Positions 41,501-52,802 of a stretch of DNA of 64,000 nucleotides are shown in pieces (the stretch's first letter is position 1; every line of letters begins with the position of its first letter). The DNA is taken from assembly GCF_009914755.1 (NCBI RefSeq), contig NC_060938.1, one strand, 5' to 3'. Origin of the DNA: the human T2T-CHM13v2.0 reference genome, Homo sapiens. The notes beneath the pieces are model-generated. The model worked only from the letters and a program-made list of their open reading frames with translations, had not been told where the DNA came from and made no database searches. Made by a program: the position numbers and the translations under genes.

Positions 41501-44500
41501 GTTACGTTCTGTTCCATTCCATTCCACTCCATTCTATTCCACTCCATTCCACTCCACTCCATTTTACTCCATTCCACTCCATTCCACTCCACTCCACTAA
41601 ACTCCATTCCATTTCACTCCATTCCACTCCATTCCACTCCACTCCATTCCACTCCATTACATTCCACTGCACTCCACTCCATTACACTTCATTCCGTTCC
41701 ACTCCAATCCATTCCATTCCATTCTACTCCATTCCGCTGCATTCCTTTATTTCGACTGGATCTCACTCTTACACCCAGACTGGAGTGCAGTGGCACAATT
41801 TTAGATCACATTTCATTTCACCATTCCATTCCATTCCTTTACATTCCACTCCAGTCCACTACACTACACTACACTCCTCTCCATTCCACTACACGCCATT
41901 CCATTCCATTCCACAGCAATCCGATCCATTTCATTCAACACCACTCCACTCCACTCTGCTCCACTCCGTTCCGTTACATTCCATTCCATTCCGTTCCATT
42001 CCATTCCATTCAATAGCATTCCACTGCACTCTGATGCACTCCACTAAAATCCACTCCACTCCATTACATTCCGTTCTGTTCCATTCCATTCTGTTCCATT
42101 CCATTCTGTTCCATTCCATTCCACTCCATTCCACTCGAATTCACTCCACTCCACTCCGCTCCACTCCACTCCATTCCATTCCATTCCACTGCACTACCAT
42201 CCACTCCACAGAACTCCACTCCACTGCACTCCACTCCACTCTGTTCCATTCCATTCCGTTCTGTTCCATTCCATTCCATTCCACTCCATTCCATTGCACT
42301 CCACTCCACTCCTCTCCATAGCACTCAACTCCACTCCATTCCATTCCACTCCGTTGAATTTCATTGCATTCCATTCCATTTCATTCATTTCCAATCCACT
42401 CCATTACATTCCGCTCCATTCCACTCCATTCCACTCCACTCCACTCCACTGCAATCCACTCCATTCCACTCCACTCCACTGAACTCCAATCCACTGCACT
42501 CTGCTCCATTCCCTTCCATTCCATTCCTCTGAACTCCGATCCACTCAACTCCACTCCACTCCACTCCCCTTCGCTCCCTTCCATTCCATTCTGTTCCATT
42601 CTGTTCTGTTCCATTCCATTCCAATCCATTCCATTCCACTCCACTATACTCCACTCCATTCCACTCCACTGCACTCTACTCCACTCCATTCCACTACACT
42701 CCATAACTTTCCATTCCGTTCCATTCCATTCCATTCTATTCCATTCCATTCCACGGCAATCCGATCCACTCCACTCAACTCTACTCCACTCCATTCCATG
42801 CCACTCCTTAACTTTCCATTCCGCTCCTTTCCATTCCATTCCTTTCCACTCCACTCCTTTCCTCTATATTCCACTCCACTCCACTCCACTCCAGTCCACT
42901 CCACTCCACTCCATTCCATCCCATTCCCCTGCAGTCCTATACACTCCACTCAACTCCATTCCACTCCATTCCGTTTCATTCCATTCTGTTACATTCCGTT
43001 CTGTTCCATTCCACTCCATTCCTTTCCACTCCATTCCATTCCATTCCACTCCACTCCATTCCACTCCATTCCGTTCCACTCCATTCCATTCCGTTCCACT
43101 CCACTCCATTCTGTTCCACTCCACTCCATTCCACTCCATTCCACTCCACTCCATTCCACTCCATTCCATTCCACTCCTTTCCATTACACTCCACTGCATT
43201 CCATTCCATTCTAATCCATTCCATTCCATTCCTTTATTTCAACTGGATGTCACTCTGTCACCCTGACAGGAGTGCAATGGCACGTTCTTAGCTCACATTT
43301 CATTTCACCATTCCATTCCATTCCATTCAACTCCATTCCATTCCATTCCATTCCATTCCATTCCATTCCACTCCACTCCACTCCATTCCATTCCACTCCA
43401 TTCCATTTCATTACATTCCATACCATTCCATTCCATTCTATTTCACTCCACTCCACTCAACTCCACTCCTTTCCGTTCTGTTCCATTCCATTCTGCTACA
43501 TTCCTTCGCGTTCCGTTCCATTCCATTCCATTCCACTCTACTCCATTCCACTCCATTCCAATCCACTCCACTGCACTCCACTCCACTCCACTCCTCTCCA
43601 GTCCACTCCACTCCACTAAACTCCACAGCACTCCACTCCACTCCATTCCATTTCGTTTTGTTCCGTTCCGTTCAGGTTTGTTGCATTCCACTCCATTCCA
43701 TTCCACTCCACTCCTCACCGCGCCACTCCATTTCACTTTATTACACTCCGTTCCACTCCAGTACACTCAACACCATTCCATTCCATTCTACTCCACTCCA
43801 TTCCATTCCATTCCCCTGCACTCCGTTCCACTCCACTCAACTCCACTCCACTCCATTCCACTCCACTCGATTCGTTCCATTCTATTCCTTTCCCTTCCAT
43901 TCCATTCCGTTCCATTCCATTCCATTCCACTCCTATCCATTCCATTCCACTCCATTCTACTCCATTCCCCTCCACTCCATTCCACTCCCGTCCATTCCAG
44001 TCCAATCCCCTTCACTCCACTGAACTCCCGTCCATTCCACTGCTTTCCATTCCATTCCTTTCCATTCCACTGCAGTGCGATCCACTCCACTCAAATCCAC
44101 TCCACTCAACTCCACTCCACTCCTCTCCACTTCATTCCATTCCATTCCATTTCATTCCACTGCACTCCAATCCACTCCACTCAATTCCACTACTCTCCAC
44201 TAAACTCTGCTCCATTCCGTTCTTTTCCCTTCCGTCCCATTCCATTCCATTCCAGTCCACTCCATTCCACTCCAATCCATTCCTCTCCATTCCATTCCAT
44301 TCCATTCTAATCCATTCCATTCCATTCCATTGCACTGCACTCCATTCCAATAAACTCCATTACACTCCACTCCACTCCATTCCCCTTCAATCCATTCCAC
44401 GCCATTCCATTCCACACCACACTATTCCACTCCACTCCACTCCAGTCCATTTCACTCCACTCCATTCCACTCCAATCCACTCCATTCCAACCCATTCCAT

Positions 44501-47500
44501 TCCACTCCACTTCATTCCATTCCATTTTACTCCATTCCATTCCATTCCTTATTTTCGACTGGATCTCACTCTGTCACCCATACTGGAGTACAGTGGCACA
44601 ATCTTAACTCAGATTTCATTTCACCATTCCATTCCATTTCATTCCACTCCACTCCACTCCATTTTATTCCATTCCACTCCACTCCACTCGCCTCTGATCC
44701 ACTCCCTTCCATTCCACTCCACTCCATTCCATTCCTCTGCACTCCACTAAACTCCACTCCTCTCCAATCCACTTCATTCCATTTAATTCCATTCCACTAC
44801 ACTCCATTCCCTTCCATTCTATTCCAGTTCACTGCACTCCGATCCATTCCTCTCAACTACACTCCACTCCACTCCGTTCCATTCCGTTCCTTTCCATTCC
44901 GTTCTATTCCATTCCATTACCTTCCATTCCATCCCATCCCACTCCACTCAACTACACTCCACTCCACTCCACTCCTTTCCATTCCATTCCATTCCACTGC
45001 ACTCTGATCCACTTCATTCCACTCCACTCCACTTCACTCCACTCCATTCCATTCCACTCCTTTCCATTACACTCCACTCCACTCCATTCCACTCCACTCC
45101 ACTCCACTGCATTATATTCCATTCCATTCCATTCCATTACTTTCCACTGCACTCCTATCCACTCCACTCCACTCAACTCCATTCCACTCCACAGCTTTCC
45201 ATTCCACTCTGCTCCATTCCACTCCACTCCATTTCATTCTTTTCCACTCCATTCCAGTCCACTCCACTCCACTCTATTCCACTCCACTCCTTTCCATTCC
45301 ACTCCACTCCACTCCATTACATTCCACTCCTCTCCATTCCATTCTATTCCACTCCATTCCACTCCACTCCATTCCATTCCATTCCACACCACTCCCTTCC
45401 TTTCCACTCCACTCCACTTCAATCCACTCCACTCCATTCCTCTTCACTCCACTCCATTCCATTACATTCCATTTTATTCCACTCCACTGCATTCCATTCC
45501 ATTCCATTCCACTGCACTCCAATCCACTCCACCCAACTCCAATCCACCCCACTCCACTCCACTCCATTCCCTTCCATTCCATTCCATTCCATTCCATTCC
45601 ATTCCATTTAATTCCATTCCATTCCATTCCACTCCATTCCACTCCACTCAATTCCATTTCACTCCATTCCTCTCCATTCCTCTCCACTCCATTCCACTCT
45701 ACTCCACTCCAATCCACTCCACTCCATTCCATTGAATTTCACTGCACTCCAATCCATTACACTCAACTACACTACATTACACTACACTACATTACACTAC
45801 ACTACACTTCGTTCCATTCCATTCTGTATCGTTCCTTTCCATTCCACTCCATTTCTTTCCTATACACTCCATTCCATTCCACTCCATTGCACTCTTTTCC
45901 ACTCCATTCCACTCCATTCCACTCCACTCCATTCCATTCCACTCAACTTCATTCCGTTCCATTCCACTCCATTCCATTCCGTTCCATTCCACTCCATTCC
46001 ACTACGCTCCATTCCATTACACTCCATTCTACTCCACTCCACTGTATTATCTTCCATTCCAGTTCTTTCCATTCCATTCCATTCCATTCCATTCCTCTCC
46101 ATTCCATTTCGTTCCTTTCCACTCCATTCCACTCCACTCCATTCCACTCCATTCAACTCCACTCCATTCCATTCCACTCTACTCCATTCCATTCCATTCC
46201 TTTACTTGGATTGGATGTCACTCTGTCACCCAGAGTGTAGTGCAGTGGCACAATCTTAGCTCACATTCCATTTCACCATTCCATTCCATTCCATTCCATT
46301 CCATTCCACTCCACTGCACTCCACTCCACTCCATTCCATTCCACTTCACTCCATTCCATACCATTCCATTCCATGCCATTCCATTCCATTCCACTCCACT
46401 CTGATCCACTCCACTCACCTGCACTCCACTCCACTCCATTCCATTCTGTTCCATTCCATCGTGTTCCATTCCATTCCATTCCTTTCCACTCCATTCCATT
46501 CTACTCCACTCCATTCCATTCCACTTCATTCCAATCCACTCCACTGCACTCCACTCCACTCCATTTCATTCTACTCCATTCCATTCGATTCCTTTATTTC
46601 AACTGAATCTCACTCTGTCACTCAGATTGGAGTGCAGTGGTACAATCTTAGCACACATTTCATTTCACCTTTCCATTCCATTGCACTCCACTCCACTGCA
46701 TTGCAATCCATTCAACTCCACTCCCTTCCATTCCATTCCATTCCATCCCATTCCATTTCATTCCATTCCACTGTACTCAGATCCACTCGACTCAACTCCA
46801 ATTCACTACCCTCCACTCTGTTCCATTCCCTTCCTTTCCATTCCATTCCATTCCTTTCCATTCCATTCCGCTGCACTCCGATACACTCCACTCAACTTCT
46901 CTCCACTCTACTCCACTCCGTTGCATTCCATCCCAATCCATTCCATTCCATTCCAATCCACTCCACTCCACTCTATTTCACTCCATTCCACTCCACTCAA
47001 CTCTAATCCACTAAACTCCATTGCATTTCACTCCATTCCACTCCACTCCACTCTAATCCACTAAACTCCATTGCATTTCACTCCATTCCACTCCATTCCT
47101 CTCCACTCCTCTCCACTCAACTCCATTCCATTCCTCTCCACTCCATTCCATTTGATTCTACTCCATTCCATTGCATTCCTTTATTTCGACTCGATCTCAC
47201 TCTGTCACCCAGACAGGAGTTTTGGTGCACAATCTTAGCTCACATTTCACTTCACAATTCCATTCCATTCCATTCCACTCCACTTCATTCCATTCCATTC
47301 CTTTTCACTGCACTCCTCTCTATTCCATTCCATTCCATTCCACTCCACTGCATTCTGTTCAATTCTGTTCCAATCCTTTCCATTCTGTTCCATTCCACTC
47401 CATTCCGTTAACCTCCACTCCTTTCAACTCCACTCCATTTCAATCCACTCCACTCTATTCCACTCTGTTCCGCTCCACTCCACTCCAATCCACTCCATTC

Positions 47501-50500
47501 CATTCCATTCTATTCCGTTCCATTCCACTTCATTCCATGCCATTCCCCTTCACTGCATTGAATTCCACTCCATCCCAATCCACTCCACTCCTTTCCATTC
47601 CATTGAATTCTATTCCAATCCATTCCACCCTAATCCACTCCACTCTATTCCACTCCACTCTACTCCATTCCACTCCACTCCATTCCATTCCTTTCTACTC
47701 CATTCCATTCCATTCCTTTCTACTCCATTCCATTCCATTCCTTTATTTCGACTGAATCTCAGTCTGTCACCCGGACTGGAGTGCAGTGGCACAATCTTAG
47801 CTCACATTTCATTTCACCATTCCATTCCATTCCATTCCATTCCACTCCACTCCATTCCACTCCACTGCACTCCGATCCACTCCACTCTACTCCACTCCAC
47901 TACAATCCACTAAGTTCAATTCCGTTCCCTTCCATTCCTTTCCGTTCCTTTCCATTCCCCACCATTCCATTCCACTCCACTCCATTCCACTCCACTCCAC
48001 TTTTCTCCATTTTAGTCCATTCCATTCCACTCCACTCCTCTCCACTCCACTCCATTGCGTTCCATTCCACTCCACTCCGTTCAATTCCATTGCATTCCAT
48101 TCCATTTCATTCCATTCCAATCCACTCCATTTAATTCCTCTCCATTCCACTACATTCCACTCCACTCCACTGCAATCCACTCCATTCCACTCCACTAAAT
48201 TCCACTCCACTCTACTCCATTCCATTCCATTCCATTCCACTCCACTGCAGTCTGATCCACTCCATGCAACTCCACTCCACTCCCCTCCGCTCCATTCCAT
48301 TCCGTTCCATTTCGTTCTGTTCCATTCCATTCTGTTCCAGTCCATTCCATTCCACTATACTCCACTCCACTAAATTCCACTCCACTCCATTATCCACCAT
48401 TCCACTTCATTCCACTGCATTCCATTCCATTCCATTCCACTCTATTCCATTTCATTCCATTCCACTCCATTCCACTCTATTCCACTCCACTCCGTTCGAC
48501 TACACTCCATTACACTCCACTCCACTCCATTCCATGCAACTCCACTCCTTTCCATTCCACTCTACTCCATTCCATTCCACTACTACTTTTCACTCCATTC
48601 AACTCCATTCAACTCCATTCCACTCCACTCCACTCCAATCCATTCCACTCAATATCATTCCATTACATTCCACTCCATTCCATTCCGTTCCATTCCACTC
48701 CATTCCACTCCATTCAACTACACTCCATTCCCATCCACTCCATTCTACTCCACTCCACTCCATTATCCTCCATTCCACTTTATTCCTTTCCAGTCCATTC
48801 CATTCCACTCCATTTCATTTCATTCCATTCCACTCCATTCCACTCCACTCCATTCCACTCCACTCCCTTCCACTCCATTCCACTCCATTCCGCTCCATTC
48901 TTTTCAACTCCACTCCATTCCATTCCACTTTACTCCATCCCTTTGCATTCCTTAATTTCGATTGTATGCTACTCTGTACCCAGACTGTAGTGCAGTAGCA
49001 CAATCTTAGCTCACATTACATTTCACCATTCCATTCCATTCCATTCCATTGCTTTCCATTCTATTCCATTCCACTCCATTCCACTCCATTCCACTCCACT
49101 CCAATTCACTCCACTCCACTCCATTCCACTCCACTCCAATCCACTCCATTCACCTACACTCCACTCCACTCCGTTCTTTCCTGTTCCATTCCATCCTGTT
49201 CCATTCCATTCCATTCCATTCCACTCCATTCCGTTCCACTCCACTCCATTCCATTGCACTTCATTCAACTGCTCCCCACTGCACTCCACTCCACTCCATT
49301 CCATTCCATTCTACTCCATTCCATTCGTTTCCTTTATTTCATCTGAATCTCACTCTGTCAACCAGACTGGAGTGCAGTGGCACTATCTTAGCACACATTT
49401 CATTTCACCATTATATTCCATTACATTCCATTCAACTCCACTCCATTCCATTCCACTCCACTCCATTCCATTCCATTCAACTCCGTTCCATTCCATTCCA
49501 TTCCATTCCACTGCACTCAGATCCACTCCACTGAACTCCACTTCACTCCACTCCACTCTGTTCCATTCCATTCCATTCCATTCCATTCCTTTCCATAACA
49601 TTCCACTGCACTCTGATACACTCCACTCAACCCCACTCCACTCCACTCCGTTCCGTTCCATTCCATTCCATTCCACTCTGTTCCATTCCATTCCATTCCA
49701 TTCCTTTCTGTTCCATTCCATTCTTTTCCAATCCACACCATTCCAATCCACTCCATTCCATTAAATTCCTGTCCACTCCACTCCACTCCATTCCATTCCA
49801 TTGCACTGCACTCCGATCCACTCCACTCAACTCCACTCCACTCCATTCCATTCTACTCCATTGCATTCCACCTCACTCCAATCCACTCCATTCCACTCCT
49901 CTCCACTCCACTCCATGCCCTTCCATTCCATTCCAATCCATTCTATACCACTCCACTCCACTCCATTCCACTCCACTCCATTCCATTCCACTCCACTCCT
50001 TTCCACTCCGTTCCACTCCATTCCATTCCACTCCACTCAATTCCATTCCATGCCATTCCATTCCATTCCATTCCACTCCACTCCACTCCCCTCCAGTCCA
50101 CTCCATTCCACTCTACTCCATTCCATTCCATTCTATTCCGTTCCATTCCATTCCATTCCATTCCACTCCACTCCGACCCTCTCCACTCAACTCCACTCCA
50201 CTGTACTTCTTTCTGTTCCATTCTGCTGCATTCCATTCCTTTCCCTTTCATTCCATTCCATTCCATTCCATTCCATTCCATTCCATTCCATTCCATTCCA
50301 TTCCACTCCACTCCATTCAATTCCACTCCATTCCTCTCCACTCCACTCCAATCCACTCCACTCCATTCCATTCCACTGCATTCCAATCCACTCTACTCAA
50401 CTCCACTGCACTCCACTCCATTCCACTACATTCCACTCTTCTCCACTCCACTCCATTCCATTCCACTACATTCCATTCCATTCCACTCCATTCCATTCAA

Positions 50501-50890
50501 TTCCATTCCATACCATTCCACTACTTTCAACTCCACTCCACTCCACTCCAATCCACTCCACTTCACTCCACTCCAATCCATTCCACTCCACTCCATTCTA
50601 TTCCACTCCATTCCATTCCACTCCACTCCATTCCACTCCACTCCACTCCATTCCATTCCACTCCACTCCTTTCCATTCCACTCCATTCCACTCCACTCCA
50701 CTCCCCTCCATTCCATTCCATTCCTTTCAAATCCACTCCATTCCATTCCACTCCACTCCACTCCAGTCCAATACACATCACTCCACTCCACTCCATTCCA
50801 TTCCATTCCACTTCATTCCATTCCATTCCATTCCATTCCATTCCATTCCATTCCACTTCACTCCATTCCATTCCATTCCACTGTACTCCA
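38571..50890 (+). repeat. Diverged (CATTC/CACTC)n pentamer satellite (HSat3-like) with interspersed Alu fragments
   Basis: 5-bp periodicity of mixed CATTC and CACTC, very few G on the + strand, and no regular HSat2-type CATTCGATTC motif. Confidence 0.95.
38684..49396 (-). repeat. 15 copies of a ~56-bp antisense Alu 3'-end fragment (AluJ/FLAM-like) forming part of the satellite unit
   Basis: GAC(A/T)GGATCTCACTCTGTCACCCAG(G/A)CTGGAGTGCAGTGGCACAATCT(C/T)AGCTCAC starts at about 38684, 38956, 39313, 39675, 40332, 41118, 41754, 43241, 44557, 46209, 46601, 47188, 47750, 48960 and 49341. It is typically preceded by TTCCTTT(C/A)TTTC and followed by ATTTCATTTCACCATTCC. Confidence 0.9.
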
Positions 50891-51660
50891 ATCTTCACGT
50901 GAAAACTAGACAGAAACATTCTGAGAAACTTTTTTGTGATGTGTTCATTCATTTCACAGAGTCGATCCATTCTATTGATTGAGGAGTTTGGTCACAGTCT
51001 TTTTGTAGAATCTGCAAAAGGACATTTGTGAGCACTTTGAAGCCTATGGTGAAAAAGCAAATATCTTCACAGAAAAACTAGAAAAAAGGTTTCTGAGAAA
51101 CTGTTTTTTGATGTGTGAATTCATCTCACAGAATTGAACCTTTCTATTGATTGAGTGTATTGGAAACCGTCTTTTTGTAGAATTTGCAAAGGATTATTTG
51201 TGAACACTTGTGGGCCAATGGTGGAAAAGGAAATATCTTCACAGGAAAACTAGACGGAAGCTTTCTGGGACTCTTCTGTGTTATGTATGCACTCATCAGA
51301 ATCAGCTGAACCATTCTTTTGATTGAGCAGTTTGGAAACAGTCTTTTTGTAGAATCAACAAAGGATATTTGTGAGCGCTTTGAGGCCTATGGGGAAAAAG
51401 TAAATATCTTCACATAAAAACTAGACAGAAGGTTTCTGAGAAACTGCTTTGTAATGTATGCATTCATCTCACAGAGGTAAACATTTCTTTTCATTGAGCA
51501 GATGGGAAAATCTTTTCTTGTAGAATCTGCAAAGGGATATTTGTGAGTGCTTTGAGGCCTATGGTGAAAAAGGAAATATCTTCATATAAAATGTAGACAG
51601 AAACTTTCTGAAAACTTATTTATGATGTGTGCATTCATCTCATAGAGTTGAACCATTCTT

Positions 51661-52802
51661 ATTTTTTTTGGAGCTCTCTGTTTAATTATTTATTTACTTT
51701 TATTATTATTATACTTTATGTTTTAGGGAACATGTGTACAACGTGTAGGTTTGTTACATATGTATACATTTGCCATGTTTGTATGCGTTAGGTATATCTC
51801 CTAAGTCTATCCCTCCCCCTCCCCACACTGGACTACACTCCCTGGTTTGTGGTGTGTGATGGTTCTCTTTCTGTGTCCATGTGTTCTCTTTGATCAATTC
51901 CCAACTATGAGTGAGATCATGTGGTGTTTTATTTTTTGTCCTTGTGATAGTTCGCTGAGAATGATGGTTTCCAGCTGCATCCATGTCCCTACAAAGGACA
52001 TGAACTCATCGTTTTTTATGGCCGCATAGTGTTCCATGATGTATATGTGCCACATTTTCTTCATTCAGTCTATCGTTGTTGGACATTTACATTGATTCCA
52101 AGTCTTTGCTATTGTGAATAGTGCCACTATAAACATACGTGTGCATGTGTCTTTATAGCAGCATGATTTATAATCCTTTGGGTATATACCCAGTAATGGG
52201 ATGGCTAGGTCAAATGGTATTTCTAGTTCTAGATCCCTGAGGAATCACCATACCGACTTCCACAATGGTTGAACTAGTTTACACTGCAACCGACAGTGCA
52301 AAAGTGTTCCTATTTCTCACATCCTCTCCAGCACCTGTTGTTTCCTGACTTTTTAATGATCGCCATTCTAACTGGTGTGAGATGGTATCTCATTGTGGTT
52401 TTGACTTGCATTTCTCTGATGGCCAGTGAAGATAAGCATTTTTTCATTTGTTCATTGGCTGCATAAATGTCTTCTTTTGAGAAATGTCTGTTCATATACT
52501 TCACCCACTTTTTGATGGGGTTGTTTGTTTTTTTCCTGTAAATTAGTCTGAGTTCATTGTAGATTCCTGATATTAGCCCTTTGTCAGATGAGTAGGTTGC
52601 AAAAGTATTCTCCCATTCTGTAGGATTCCTGTTCACTCTGATGGTGGTTTCTTTTGCTGTGCAGAAGCTCCTTAGTTTAATTAGATCCCATTTGTCAATT
52701 GTGGCTTTTGTTGCCATTGCTTTAGGTGTTTTAGACATGAAGTCCTTGCCCATGCCTATGTCCTGAATGGTTTTGCCTAGGTTTTCTTCTAGAGATTTTA
52801 TG
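51661..52802 (-). mobile_element. LINE-1, L1PA4-like (L1PA3-5), 5'-truncated, ~1.1 kb
   Basis: T-rich tail at 51661-51711, antisense 3'UTR and ORF2 C-terminus ([15 protein letters not shown]...[25 protein letters not shown]). TSD TGAACCATTCTT (51649-51660) / TGAAGCATTCTT (52803-52814). About 25 bp are deleted from the 3'UTR near 51786. Confidence 0.93.
51894..52802 (-). pseudogene. ORF2: L1 ORF2 C-terminal fragment, disrupted
   Basis: ORF 52310-52810(-) matches ORF2 upstream of the Cys-rich domain, with a premature stop at 52310-52312. The native stop context is at 51894-51896. Confidence 0.88.

Noticed and set aside
38684-49396. CRISPR-like look of a constant repeat with variable spacers
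   Set aside because: The repeat is Alu-derived and degenerate, the spacers are 0.2-1.6 kb of satellite, no cas genes are present and the context is primate.
40368-50982. Long ORFs (410, 496, 300 and 393 aa; HSIPF/HSTPL repeats) and MEWNG-repeat ORFs on the other strand
   Set aside because: Pure CATTC/CACTC pentamers contain no stop codon in any frame, so long overlapping ORFs are expected; there is no gene structure.
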